Of a stretch of DNA of 64,000 bases, positions 24,753 to 38,510 are shown in pieces (the stretch's first letter is position 1; each line of letters starts with the position of its first letter). Source of the stretch: Antechinus flavipes. Its lineage: Eukaryota. The notes under the pieces were generated by a model. That model was not told where the DNA came from, did no database searches, and saw only the letters and a program-made list of their open reading frames with translations. Position numbers and translations under genes: made by a program. Location: the NCBI RefSeq assembly GCF_016432865.1, contig NC_067398.1, positions 167,896,001 through 167,960,000 of the forward strand, in the 5' to 3' direction.

Positions 24753-27558
24753 GAAAAAGGATATCTCCTTGAAAGCATTTAATACTGCCTTAGTACCCAG
24801 GCAAGGGACCTAACTTGCAGATCTCAGGTTAAAAGCTGCTGTTTCCTAAAAGAACTTAACATTAATTTTAGCAATCCTAGAATACCAAATAAATTACTTC
24901 ATCCAGCAGGGGAGAGTGAGATTCCCAGGAGGAACAATTTTGTCTAGCAGATAAGATTGTTACTGAAGGAGTCCAAGTAGATCAAGGCTATTTTCTTCCC
25001 CAAAATTGTGAGTTGTCCTGGGCATATGAGTTTCTTCCTCACAACGAGGTTCTGTAAGTTGTTACTTACTTTCCCTACACATATTGTATACCTTGATGAG
25101 AAAATTTAATCTAGTTTTATGGGTAGACTGTTATGATCCTACTCAGTTTGGTTTCTGGCAAGAAAAGTTTTATGCTTAAGACATAATACTGTCATCTTAA
25201 CTGGTTTGTTTAAATGGAATACATATCAGTGGGTGTTCAGGAACTACAATGATGAGAAGTAGACATATAGGTTCTACCACATGACGTGTGATTGCATTTT
25301 AAAAACTCAAGAATAAGAGTTATATAGTTTCTCCATTGGGAAAACCACTCTAATATCAGGAATGAGCCAGTCCTAGCTCAGAAGAGAGATCTTGGAGAAA
25401 ATTGGGGAATTCTTGTCACACACCTGTTATATTTACATAGGAAGAGTTTTTCTGCAACTCCAAGAAAGCCTAGGGATTAAAATATGAACAACAGATAAAT
25501 GAATCCATGATAGGTCCCTAATAGTATTCTTCTATTTGCATAGTTTTCCCTAGACGGATTCCATGGTCTCTTCCAAATCTGAAATTCAGCGACTATGAAA
25601 ATCACTACATAATATCAACAGTGCTGACAACAAATTCCCTCATAGCCACAAAGTTCATAAAAATAAATAAGGTAAGGTTTGTGGAAACAGCAATATAAGA
25701 AGATTGAATTTAAACAAGAAGCACTGGAAAGCAAGCACACATCCTTCCAATGACCAATGTATTTTAAGATTCTAGTTTTAGACACTTAGAGTTCTGAGTA
25801 TCCAACTTTTTCTTCTTGTTGTTCTTAGCAGATATCACCAGGTGGAACTTTTATTGTAGTTCCACATGGTTTCCATTTGGTAATTCCATTCTTTACCTTA
25901 GGGAAAGCAGAAATTGAAGCAAAATATTCTTTATTGTTGGGCACTGCCTCAGACACCACAGAAGGGAATAGGCACCTGAATTTTCCATGTCTGGTGGGAT
26001 ACTTTGGTACCCATTTTTAATAATCAGTGATGTACAATAGACTAAGAACTTGTTCTCCCTGAGGCCAATTCCCTTTGATACAATGCATTCTGACTCTTGG
26101 TCTCACAAGATCTTGCCAATAAAGCAGCTACTTGATATTCCCCTCTTTGGGCACATTATAGTGAATAAAAACTTGATGTCTTTCTGTCTCTAACTGAAAA
26201 ACTGCATAATTATTTATTGAAATGAATAGTAGAGCAACTTTGCAAACAATCCATTTTGGTAGCATAAAAATGTTTCATTAGTTGATATTTCTGTAAGGTT
26301 AACATCATACATTGAATGAACAGGCAACTGCTAATAATGTATACTCTGAGGGAATTGGACATGAATTGATAAGATATAACTTGGAAAAAGAGGAGGATAA
26401 AAGGATGATCAGTCATCAGACAATTTTACAATGCTACTCTCAGGCAAGCAGAGGATCTCTGAAATTGGGCAAGAGGAATAAAGGCTAGCCATGTTACACT
26501 TTTCCCTTTGGCCTGTGACCATCCCAAACAAGTATAGACACTTCCAGCTGACAGTAGTATTAATTCTACATGAAAAAGGATGATAAATATAGGTTTCATA
26601 TTGTCATTGGATTAACTTTAAGTAAATATTTTTGGGAAAGGATTCCACAATCTTAGAGAATCAGTCACCTACTTTGGTATGGAGAATGCATCAATTGAAT
26701 TTGGTTAAATGAATTTAAACATTTAACCACTTATATGATCATCTCAGGGTACTGAAAGAATTAGTGGATGTGATGGATGAGGGTTTGTAGGTGACCTTTG
26801 GAAAATCATGAAGAATAAAGGAGATTTTTCATATCATTTAATTGCAAGTCTCCATTATTTTTCCGAGTTGATGATTTTTGTAGGGTATTCATTTTATTTA
26901 TGTGTTGTCTCTGACATAAACTAACTTTAGGATTCTGGGCCGGTATCTTAACCCTTTGGTGCTCTGGGCTGTTCTCTAATGATTATAATTTGTGGGAAAC
27001 ATGTTGACATTCATTAGTAGGGGAAAATCCGTACAGGTAGTTTCCTACATCAATGAAAAAAAATGACAATAAGAACTTTCCTTCCTCTGCATACTCTTTT
27101 AAGGTTTACAAGGAGCTTTATGTGTCATTTGATTTTCATAATAACTGTATGGAGTAGGTTCTATTAATCTTTCTCACTATTCCTCTGTAGATCCAGGAAA
27201 CACAGAAGATCTTGTCATAGACCAAAAAAGGGATTGCCTTTGAGAGGGAAAAAAGTGAAACTCTGCATAGCTATTGTAAAATATCCCAATCAAAGGAGTC
27301 AGTTTCTTTGCTTGAGAGGATCTGGGTAGATTTTGTCCAATGCCTGTGTACAAATATTTGTTTTCTAGATGGGACAAGTGTTGGTCCTAACTTATAAAGA
27401 AGAAATTGACATTTAAATAGGACTTCCAATGTTGAGGCAGGACAAAGGTCTGCATCATTTGACTTCTGGGCTCTCCATATTGTGGAAAAACAGTGGTATC
27501 CCAAACAGTATAGTTATCTTCTCTCAATTTCAAAGCTCACCTAAAAGATTTGGAGCTA

Positions 27559-27933
27559 CTTTTCAACAATCAGGTGATTCAGCCCAATTCCAATAGACTT
27601 ATGAGGGAGACAGCCATCTGTATCTAGAAGGAGAACTGTGGGGACTGAATGTGGATCACAACATAGTATTTTCACCTTTGTTGTTGTTATTGCTTGCTTG
27701 TTTGTTCTTTTTCTTTCTCATTTTTTTCCCTTTTGGATTTGATTTTTCTTTTGCAGTATGATAAATGTAGAAATATGTTTAGGAGAATTGCACATGTTTA
27801 ACCTATATTGGATTACTTGCTATCTAGGGGAGGAGGTAGGGAGAAAAACTTAAGAACACAAGATTTTGCAACGATGAATATTGAAAAATATCTTTGCAGG
27901 TATTTCAAAAATAAAAAGCTATTATAAGAGAAA
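27559..27933 (+). mobile_element. 5'-truncated L1 3' UTR with TSD
   Basis: Same 3' UTR family as 24172; TSD aaaaga(t/c)ttggagcta at 27543-27558 and 27934-27949. Confidence 0.92.
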
Positions 27934-28049
27934 AAAAGACTTGGAGCTATATTAAAAGTTTTCATTGGCATTCTCACAGATTCTATATTTTATGTCCCTA
28001 TGATTTTTAGCCTAGCAATGCTACATGCTCAGAAAATTGACAAATGACA

Positions 28050-28560
28050 CAAAACTAGAAGGTAACTAATATCTTAGAAAACAGAATCAAGATCACAAAA
28101 TATTTCATCAGGTTACAATGATGGATTGAATCTTTGATATTTCAACAATTAAATATTTTGAAATTATAAAGGAAAAATGGAAAATTCTATGTAGGTTCAA
28201 AAAATTAACCATATAAGAGGACATAGATAAGGGAGATTTAGCTTTTTACATGGAGCTCATATAAAAGTGATACTAATTCATTGGATTAGCAGCCAATAAA
28301 GCTAAGGCAATCCAACTGCAATAATAGGAATTACTGCCCAGAGTGAGCTCATACTACATTGTCTTGTCAGACCACAACTGGAATATCATGTCCGGTTTGC
28401 ATTTTAGAAAGGGCATCAATTAATTGAATGAATTTAAATCAGGATGGTGAAAGGGACTCAAACCTAGGAATGAAGGAAACAGTGATGGCTGGTCTAAAGA
28501 AAGGATGACTTCAGGTGGGTCCAGAACATTTTCCTAAGAATTTGAAGAGTTAATATGTTA
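28050..28560 (+). mobile_element. L3/CR1 fragment
   Basis: gtcagaccacaactggaatatcatgtccggttt...aggatggtgaaagggactca. Confidence 0.75.
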
Positions 28561-28589
28561 AATAATGATAATAATGAAATGTATGTAGT

Positions 28590-28830
28590 ACTTGTTGTTT
28601 GGTCATCTTTCAATTATGTCTAACTCTTCATGAATCCATTTGGAGTTTCCTTGGTAGAGATACAGGAAAAGATTGTCATTTTCTTCTCTAGCTCATTTTT
28701 CAGATGAAGGAACTAAGGCAAACAGAATTAAGTGACTTGTATAGGGTCACACAGCTAGTTAAGTGTCTGACTCCATATATTTAAAAGTCATGAAGCTGAG
28801 TTTCTCTGACTCTAGGCCTGGTACTTTATC
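28590..28830 (-). mobile_element. Mar1-type CORE-SINE
   Basis: ttgttgtttggtc...gtttccttggtagagatac...aagtgacttgtatagggtcacacagctagt. Confidence 0.85.
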
Positions 28831-29029
28831 CATTTGATGTAATACTTTGAGTTTTACTAAACTTTTTATATACATGATTTCATGAGAAAGAGAACTTTCA
28901 TTTAATTAATTCATTTCAGAGAACTAGGAACAATGGATAGAAGTTGTATTGAAATTACTTTTGGCTCAATATGAAAAACATACTTTTCTTTATGACTAAA
29001 GGTCTATCAACAATGACTGTATAACTGCC

Positions 29030-29230
29030 AATTAAAGATGCTTACTAGTGTTATGACCTTGGACAGGTCATTTAACTATTACATTTCTACATCACCCCCT
29101 CTGTAAAATGGAAAAAGTAATAGCATCCAACTCCCAGATTTGTTTTGAAGATGAAATTAGATAACATGTGTAAAAGTGTTTCACAAACCTTAAAACACTA
29201 TATAAATGTGCTATTATTAACTAGCAATTA
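29030..29230 (+). mobile_element. MIR SINE
   Basis: atgaccttggacaggtcatttaac...ctctgtaaaatgg. Confidence 0.75.
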
Positions 29231-29289
29231 TACTTTAAAAGATTCTTTATCAGCATAGAGGGTTTCTTTGGTTCCTTATAATTCTAGGA

Positions 29290-30560
29290 TTCTGTATTTC
29301 AAAATCAGTTTTATGATTGGAAAGAGTAAATGTTTTTTTTTCAAAGGGAATATAGTGGGGTGTCTAAATTTAAATTGGTAAGCTTGACTTGAATCTCTGG
29401 CAAAATTCTAGAACCCAAATCAAAGTTAGAGTTTGTAAGCATTTAGAAAAGGAAGTGGTTGTCACCAAGAACCAGCATGGAGTCTTCATGAATGTCAGAC
29501 TAAATTTATTTCCTTTTTTTGGCATGGTTGATAGACTCATAGATCAAAGGAATATGTGGATTTCAGCAAAGCATTCCATAGTTACCCTCAGGATATCCTT
29601 ATGGAAGAGATGATGAGATGTGGACTTATAGTTAGGTGGCTTTGGAAATATTTGAAAGGACTTGTTAATAGACTGATGTAATTATTGAGAAAGATCTTTA
29701 ATGGTAGGCCCCTAGACACTATCTTGGTCTCATGCCATTCTGCAATTTTGTCAGTGATTTGAATGAAGACAACAATGGCATGTTTATCAAAATTATAGAT
29801 GAAACATAAAGTTAGAGGTGATGAGTTTCTCCAAACTGACTCCTCCAAGTCCTCAGAAAAGAATCCAACATTCTTTGAGGATAGATTCTATATCTGAAGC
29901 ATTTCCAAGTTTATAGGCCCTCCTGGAGTACTCATTCTGGTGTCACTACATGATGTTCACCATCATGACATAATAACACAATGTGATTTCAGGCTGAATA
30001 GAATCCTAATGGGGAGAAGTGGGAGGTGATAATCCCACTTTACCCTGTCCTAATCAGTCCATTAACTATACTATTGTATCCATTGGAGACAACACCATTT
30101 CAGGAAAGGTAGTGATAAATTGAAGCCTATTCAAACAAAGATAACCAAAGTGGCACAAGAACTGAAGATAATGCCATATGAATATTATATCAAGAAACTC
30201 AAGATATATAACCTGAGAAGATGAAATTGGTAAGACACATTATTGAATTTCCTTTAAATATTTTAAGCATAATCATTTCAAATTTTGGACTTGCTAAGAG
30301 AAATGAAATTATCATGTTTTTTTCTATAGACAGAGATAGAAATAATGAATAGAAGTTACAAAGGACAGATTTTATCTTAATGTAAATAATACCATTTAAA
30401 CCACTAGAGTTGTACTAAAATGATGTGAGTTATCTTGGGAAATGGTGGGTTCATATCACCAGAGGCGACAAGTTCTTCCAGGAGGGTAGATAACCACTTG
30501 ATGGGCAGGACATTATAGATGCTCTGACATATATATAGAATATCAATATATAACATAGGC
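29290..30560 (+). mobile_element. Long degenerate L3/CR1 (RT to 3' region)
   Basis: accaagaaccagcatgg, ggatttcagcaaagcatt, gatttgaatgaagac...ggcatgtttatcaaaattatagatga, continuing collinear CR1 motifs. Confidence 0.8.
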
Positions 30561-30889
30561 ATATTAAAAATTCTTTTTTTAAGATAATGGATTGCACCAC
30601 AAGATCTCAGCATGATTGAGCTGAAATAAGAATGAATGGGCCTGAAGTAGCAACCAGTAGCCAGTCAAAGGGATTAAAGTTCATCCGCAAATTATGGGCT
30701 TGCTCTGAAGGATCATGTATCTTCAGATGGCGGGTTGCTGATCTCTCGTGAGTGGAGGATAAAGGTATGCTTTTCAAATCTAAGATTCCAAGTTTCTAAG
30801 TCTCACTTATATGGGTAGAAAATCTTTCCAAGTCAGTTTTGTGCAAAGAAAAGGAAAGAAGTGTTATTATCAAAATTGGCACATATGTA

Positions 30890-31095
30890 TGAGAAGTAGC
30901 AAGTAGTAAAGGCTACAGAATTGGTCTCAGTTATGAAGATGTAGCTTCAAATTTTGCTCTGACATATACCAGAAATGTGATCCTGGATTAGTCATTTAAA
31001 TTTTCAATGGCCTAGGCAAGTCTCAAAGAGCAGATTTGCACTGGTAGATTAGCTCCTCAATGGGACTTTCTTAATCAATGAAATCATAGGTCTGA
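30890..31095 (+). mobile_element. Marsupial CORE-SINE with a distinct 3' tail (subfamily uncertain; similar copies near 35740 and 41310)
   Basis: ctaggcaagtctc...gatttgcactggtag...aatgaaatcataggtc. Confidence 0.55.
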
Positions 31096-31134
31096 GGGAA
31101 AAGCAGGTAGTCAGCCAGGCAGCTAAGCAGCCAG

Positions 31135-31360
31135 GTGAGGGATGAAGGAAGGAAGAAAAAGATGGAGAGAGGGAGAAAAGAAGAAAGAAAAAAAGAAAGA
31201 GGGATTGGGAAAGAGAGAGAGAAAGTAAGGGAAGCAAGAAGGAAGGAAGGGAAGAAAGAGGGGAGGGAAAGAGATGGAAAGGAAAGAAGGAAAAGGAGAA
31301 AAGGACAGAAGAAAGAATGGAGAAAGGAAGAAAAGAAAGAAGCAATGAAAAAAGGGAAAG
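31135..31360. repeat. GA-rich low-complexity tract
   Basis: Almost pure purine; source of the ORFs at 31049-31398. Confidence 0.95.
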
Positions 31361-31789
31361 ATTTTTTAAAATGCCAGTGTCCTGGCATTCTAGGTTAAAT
31401 TCTATAGCTAGTGTGATATTTAGATCTAAAAGGGAACATGAATTTCAGGATACAGACCAAAAAAAATTCAGAAAAGAACTCCTACAACTATTATATCACA
31501 TCTGAACATGAGCTTGGTGAAAGCAATGATACATAGGGACTGAGCTTAGATAAGCCTATATGTATACTGTTTTGTCTCTTCTGATATTGAAGTGATAAAG
31601 AGGAAGCCACATTTAACATCACTTTATAAAAGCTAATCAATCATATAAAATTGTAATGCTATCAATAACACTTATATCAATAGAAGGGGGCGGGGCTCAA
31701 GCCAATGGTAGTAGAGAAGTGACAGAAGAAAGAAAGGAAATACAAGTCCATGTTCATTACAACAAACACTATTAGTAAGAGGTCTTCCA

Positions 31790-32340
31790 TTTACAAGAAT
31801 CTCCAAGCTGATCCCTTTGCCTCCTAACATTCTAATCTATTCTGTCTGCCACTATCAGAATAATATTGCTGATTTAATAATTTCTGCTTTTTTTTCCTCA
31901 GAAACTTGGATTGCTCCCTATTGGTTAAAGGACAAAATTGGTGTTCCTTAGCATGATATTTAAGGCTTTCCATCTTCCATTTAACAGCATATCTTTCCAA
32001 CTTTATACTTTATTGGACAGCATAAACCTTTTGATTCACCAGCATAAACCTGAATTTGCCATTTGGCTGCATGTTCATACACTCTCTCATTTGCTTATCC
32101 TTTCTTCCTACCATACCCCAATATGATTATATTTCATTATTTCCTATTATATTCCTATTTACTCTCTTCATCTTCTATATTACCTCTGCTTAAAGATCTA
32201 CTTTAAGCCTTATTAATTTTACAAAGATTTCCCTACTAAAACATCCCAGTGCATATTTCATCTTCTTCCTCTGAACTTCAACTACACATTTTGTTTGCAG
32301 CACTCATTTTAACACTAAATTCCATATTGTCTTTAATATT
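31790..32340 (+). mobile_element. L2 fragment
   Basis: ggattgctccctattgg...ccttagcatgatatttaaggctttccatc. Confidence 0.65.
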
Positions 32341-32349
32341 AATATTGCA

Positions 32350-32600
32350 CAAAACACTAGTAATAGCTATAATTTATGTAATACTGTAAGATTTTCAAAA
32401 TACTTTCTAAATATCTCATTTTATTAGCACCCTTGAGATGTAAGTGTTATTATATTCATTTTACAGATGAAGAAATTGAAGTAGAAAAGGGTTAAGTGAC
32501 TTGCTTACAGTCACAGAGCTAGTAAGTATCTGAGGTTGGATTTGAACTTCTATCTTCCTGTCTTCAGGTGTAGTGCTTTATAAGTATCTTAGGGTAAAGA
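32350..32600 (-). mobile_element. MIR SINE
   Basis: attttacagatgaagaaattgaag...ggttaagtgacttgcttacagtcacagagctagtaagt. Confidence 0.85.
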
Positions 32601-32650
32601 TTCAATTACATTTTTTGTATAGTCATCTCTCTAGTCATCAAACATTAAAC

Positions 32651-32825
32651 CATTGGTGTCAAACTCAGACAGAAACAGGAACCATTGATTCATATATGAA
32701 GATCCCTGCAGGCTGCATATTGATTTCGTTTTCAAATGTAATGTTACCTATTTTTTGTGTTTTTATTTATTTTCCAGTTGTACTTTAATGCAATTTTGAC
32801 TGTCTTGGTGTGTTTAACACTTCTG
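32651..32825. mobile_element. Short hAT-type MITE with degenerate TIRs
   Basis: 5' cattggtgtcaaactc and 3' gtgtttaacacttctg resemble the CAGGGGTGTCAAAC-type hAT TIR; no clear TSD. Confidence 0.5.
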
Positions 32826-32869
32826 CAAAAAGTAGTCAATAAATACTTGAAAGCTACTGCTACTACTGT

Positions 32870-33380
32870 ATGACATTTCTGTATCACCTGAGGGTTTGCA
32901 AAGTGCTTTACTTGCATTTTCTTGTTTGACCTGCATGACAACTCTGTAAAGTAAACCTTATAGATATTATTATCTTGTTTTTTTTTTTTTTTTAAAGATG
33001 TGGTAACTGAGACTAAGAGGTGTTAATTAACGTCCATAGTCACACCACTGAAAATATCTAGGTGGGATTTAAAAGCCTAGTCATCTTGAATCCAAGTCCA
33101 TGATGCTGTCATAATTTAGCCACAGTTGAATGAATGATCACACTTAAAGAGAACTTTTGTTTGAGAAGTCATGCTTAGGGCAGATGCTAATATAATTGTA
33201 ATGATAATAAATATCTTTTATATAGCACTTTCTGTCTCATTTGATCCTCACAACAATCTTGGGATGTAGGTGTCATTATTATGTACATTTTTACAAATGA
33301 GGAAATTGAGCTTTAGAAAGATCAAATAATTTAAGCCAGAGTCATAAGCTAGAAAGTATTTAAGGAAGGCTTTATGTTAA
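32870..33380 (-). mobile_element. Two MIR SINE remnants
   Basis: ttaaagatgtggtaactgagac; tttgatcctcacaacaatcttggg...aaatgaggaaattgag. Confidence 0.7.
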
Positions 33381-34399
33381 AATGGGAAAATCCAAGACTC
33401 CATGAAAGTTATGATCTGTCCATATTCATAGATTTCTTTAGAGGTAGAAATGAGAAAATAGCTGCTCTTCAGTCTTCTGGGCCAATGCTCTTTCTAGGAA
33501 GTTTTACCTCATCTAGACTATGCTGCTGTACATAACATTACATAGTTTGTTTTTGCCAAACATGAGCATCTAGGACATTAACCATTATCGTTGTTTGGGA
33601 ATTCTAATATTATAGTGTCCATTTCTAATTCTATAAGACTGTTCTGAAATGATAATTAGAACTGGTCTAAAGAGTGCTCTATTTTTACATTTTCATAATT
33701 TCTTTTTAAAAATCAAATATATGAAGTTTCCCCCCTAATGACATAAAGCCCAAAGACATTCAACATAGATTTTCAAACATAACAGATAAATTTATGAGAA
33801 AATGATTTAGCTGTCATTAGCATTTTCCAAAAATCTATCCTAATTTTTTCTTTTAATAATTTTTCCAGAGTTATTAGAAATATTGAGATCTTCAGATTTT
33901 GGGGGTTAAGTGATATTTACTAGAATTTGAAATAGGAAACACTCTTTGGTGGCAGAAATAAAGGCAATTAATCCATCAGCTAATTTAATTAAATGATATG
34001 TATTTGATATTATATGGTAGATCATTCAATTTCAAAAAAACAAATAAAACCCAAACCCAAATACAACCCTTAATTAATTTAAAACATATATGAATCTGGT
34101 CAATAGACATATATGATTATCTTTTCTTATTAGAAGTAGAAGATTTTAAAAAATAAGATAATTGGATATAAGAAAATCTTTTACTTATATTTAGAATAAC
34201 TAACATGTAGAGGTCGCAAAACAAAAAAAGATAGATTATAAACTTCTACATAAAGTACATCTGATTAAGCATTTCTCCAGATATTTATGGGAGAATAGAC
34301 TTTATTTTTTGATCAAATAATAAAACAGGTAGTGTGATTGCTCTTGTTTTAATATCAAGTCTTAGTAATTCTTAGAATCATGTGTCTGAATGTACAATG

Positions 34400-34860
34400 C
34401 CCCTGGGTAGGAAGATACTGATCCATGCATTTTTCTTACTAGAAGTTAAAAGAGATTTCATTTTAGGCTCTTTGTCATAAACCTTAATATGATAATTTTT
34501 TTCTTTCATCTCTTGGTGACCATTCAATCTGGAATATTCTTTTGTCCTTCTGGAACTTTTCTCCCACTGATGAGTTCTTGGGGCTTCCATTTTGGGAAAA
34601 ATTTTGGGCCAGTCATCCTTTATGCTCCTCTCTCTTAACTCTGCTTCTGATTCTCTGGACTTTACCTTTATGATTATACCCTACTTTTTTCCTCATTCCC
34701 CCCCCCCCCACCAACTCCCTCCCCTGTCTCAGCTCCTTTTTGTCTTATATATCTTCTTTCAAGAAAATGTTAGCTCCTTGATAGTTTGGGATTGTCTTTT
34801 TTATTTTTATCCCCCAATGCTTAACACAGTTCCTGGCACATAGTAAACACTTAATACATT
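34400..34860 (+). mobile_element. L2 remnant
   Basis: L2 tail ccccaatgcttaacacagttcctggcacatagtaaacacttaatac. Confidence 0.65.
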
Positions 34861-37269
34861 TTATTGCCCATCTTAATTATGTCCTGGATTTCTTGTTATC
34901 ACATACTGGTACCCAGAACAGCTGTATCCAGAGTTTTGGAATAGAGATTCCATCTTAAGTATATGACATAATTTACTCAGTATCTCGACTATGATATGGC
35001 CACTGGTAAATTATAACTTAGCTGTCCTGACTCAACATTGTAGTTTGAATATATAATAACAATTGGGTATGTGGAGGTATTTTAATATATCCAGTTTTGT
35101 TTATGTGTTTTGTACTTTAATAATATGGTGGTGATGTAGCCTGAGATAAAGAGATTATCACTTAGGTCTTAAAAATTTTAGTTTCAGAAAAAATTAGTAA
35201 TCTAATCCAGAACGCATAAAGATGATCTCTCCTATCAGGATTCCCAAGGAAAGAATAAATCAGGATATAACATAATAGATTGCTGCAACAAAATATTCAA
35301 TCAGTTGATTAGAACTATATTTTATTGTTAAATCATCTAAAATTAAGCTTCCTTTCTCTCTTCCCCTCCCCATTCCCCTGAAGTTTTCCCTAGTAATAGC
35401 AGCCAAAAAAATGCTTGGTCCATAGTTGGTGCCTCAATGTTTATTGAATGAATGAATTATATTGTAAAGAGATAACTGGATTTAGAAAGTGAATATTGGG
35501 ACTACTTAATTGCTATATGACCTTGACCAAGTAGCCTTAATTATCTGGGATGCAGTTTCCTTATCTGTAAAATGAGTGAGTTGAACCAGCTATTATTTTA
35601 GGTTCCTTCTGCCTCTATATTTATGATAATACTTTTATTTCCTTTTTTTTCAAATAGCCAGATATTAATTCTATGTATGTTGAAAGAATACAAAACATTA
35701 TGAAAACTCTGATTTCCCTTTATAGTATGGAGTGGTGGGTAAAGATCTGACCTTGCGTCAAGAAGGACTGAGTTCAAATCTTACCCTTAGCACCTAAAAG
35801 TATGATCAGCAAAACACTTAACCTCTAGATACTCTACCAAATTTCTAAGACAGCATATTGTAGAGAATTAGTTGACTGCCACTGGTAGAGGGTACAGTAA
35901 TGAAATCACAGGCCCATTCTTAATCCTTATCTCTAATTGAAAAGCTGAAAAAATAACAATCTCCAGATTTTAGGAAACATTGTTTAAGAAGATTGCAGAT
36001 TATCAAGGGGTTACTGTTAACATTATTATATAAAAGTTCACATAATATTTTAATGTTGAATTATTTATAGTTGATAAGTTTTGAAAGGTTGAGTACCTCA
36101 ATATAGAAGTCAGATTATTGTAATTATATTTCTACTTTTTCAGCCTGAGGAAAAATGGTCTGCATTGTTAAATATTTTTTATAGATTCTGATGAATGTTG
36201 GTAAAAAGGTCACAAAATCATGCAGGGGCCATGGAGTTAATATGTGTCAAATTTATTCAAGATCAACAGGTAAAGAGCCAAGCTTTAATACAGTTTTAAT
36301 GGATCAGTAGATTAATAATTGGTATCAGTTTAATAGTCACTGACTTTATTATCATCTCCATGAAATCTTCTTTGATTCAACCCCAAGTTGTAAGTAATAT
36401 CTGTTTTTTCCATTTTCGTAGGTCCTTTTGTGTGTATTTTTCCCATTACTCCTATCATTCTCTATACTTAGTCACTTGAATTCCATATCACTCTATCAGA
36501 CTGCCCTCTTTGAGGGAATGACATTTTTAATCATTGTTTAGTAAATAGAGCACTTGACTTAGAGTCAGAAACATTCGAACAAAATGCTTCTTTGCTAAGA
36601 GGGAATTACATTTGACTGACCTCTGTTGCTACTTTAACTTTCAAGTCTCTGCTCTATGTTCCTTTGGTACATATGATACCTTATTGATGCATCTGACACC
36701 TCAGATGGGATACATATGAAAGAAATCAGTTAAATGTAACAAATAGTTATTATGCTCCAACTCAGGGCAAAATATTGCAGTAGGCCCAGGGTATCCACAA
36801 GCAAAAAGAGAAAGAGACCCTATCTTCAAGGAAATTATCATATAAGTGGGGAATAAGACATTCACATAGATGGAGAAACAGATAGAAACACTTCCAACTC
36901 GATGCTCCAAATCTCCTAATTTTTGGGTTGTACAAAGATAGGAGGATATATGTTGTTACCTTCCTTTTTCTATGTATTGTGGGGACCAGGTCAAATGAGT
37001 GGATGAATGATGTACTGATGTGCTAAGTTTTAGTTTACATCACAAAGAAATATTCACAAAATGTTATGTTTTAAAAAACCCTGTTCTTAGCAGGACACAG
37101 ATCCCTCTCAAAATTTTATTCATTTAAATAATATTCCATCTTCTTTCCAGACCATACAATATATTTTTATTATGGCAATCATATATCATATGGTATCCAT
37201 CAGGATCAGCCAGGACTTGACTGAGGGGATGTTAAGAAATACTTTCTTGGGGGTTTTGTTTTTGTGTAG

Positions 37270-37460
37270 TGTAAGTCTAACCCTTTGTGATCCTATTTTG
37301 GGACTTTAGTGATTAAAATACTGGAATTGTCTGCAATTTCCTTCTCCAATGGATTAAGGCAAACAGAGTTATATGATTTGATTAGGGTAATACAGCTAGT
37401 CTGAACTCAGATTTAAATTCAGGTCTCTTTGACTCCACAATCAGTGTTCTATTTACTGAT
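37270..37460 (-). mobile_element. Mar1-type SINE
   Basis: aatactggaattgtctgcaatttccttctcca...ggcaaacagagtta. Confidence 0.75.
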
Positions 37461-37469
37461 TTATCTAAG

Positions 37470-37770
37470 TGCTTCCTTTAAGTCCCACCTAAAATCCCAT
37501 ATTCTACAGAAAACTTTATGAAGTCCTATTAATCCTAGTGTCTTTCCTCCCTTAATTATTTCCTATTTATCCTGTATATAGCTTATGTATCTCTATTTAT
37601 CTGTCTGTCTATCTATCTATATCTATCCATCTACCTACCTTCTTCTTATGTTTTTCACTATATTGTGAGCTCCTTCAGAGAGTGGACTGGTTTTTGCCTC
37701 TTTTTTTGTATTCCCAGCACTTAGCCCAGTATTTAGCACATAGTAGGGGTTTAATAAATGTTTATTAACT
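37470..37770 (+). mobile_element. L2 3' end containing a (TCTA)n microsatellite
   Basis: gtattcccagcacttagcccagtatttagcacatagtagggg...aataaatg; tcta repeats at about 37595-37640. Confidence 0.75.
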
Positions 37771-38389
37771 AACTAAATGGACCTGGTGGAAAAGAATGAT
37801 ATTGTCAGAGGAGAAAGTACACCAACTTATTTGCCCTTTAACTCTAGAAGAGAACTTTCCCACATATAAAAAGAGAAAATAAACCCCAATTCACTCAAGT
37901 GGGCATCCTAATACAATTAGATGAAATATCTTACCACTATTTCAGGGTCAGTGATTGAAGACTCTGATATCCAATGCTGTCCAAGGAGTGAGTCCTGTGG
38001 CAAGCATTCTGTGATTATGCTGGGATGATGAGAGGGTGAAGTGGGCTAACGGCATGTAGTATTTTGCTGTTAATTCTGGTAAGAGTCATTGAGAGGCTCA
38101 TATGTATCTGACAATTACCTGTAATGATGTGCTGTGAAATGGAAAACGCTGAGGGGGCCATTTAAAGAATCATGTCCTGATAATGTTCTTTCAGCAGATC
38201 ATGTTTCTGTATAATAACATACAAGAAGAAAAACAACTGCTCATAGGAAGGGCTAGTTCCTCATCAACTTTGAGAATGGAAAATAATCTGAGATTTCCTT
38301 TGAAGCAACTTGCAGTTTGTCATTTGGAGCCACTCTGTGGGAGCATGGAAGTTCAGGTTCACAATCATTTCAGCAATGAAAGCTGATAG

Positions 38390-38510
38390 AGTAGAGAGAA
38401 TATTGGACACTAATTTTAACAATCTCTGTAAACCTCAGTTTCCTTATCTGTAAAATCAGAGGATGGGGCTAGATGTTCTCTGGGATCCTTTCCAATTCTA
38501 TGCCAATGAA
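38390..38510 (+). mobile_element. MIR3-like SINE
   Basis: cctcagtttccttatctgtaaaat...ctagatgttctctgggatcctttcc (L3-type tail). Confidence 0.7.
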
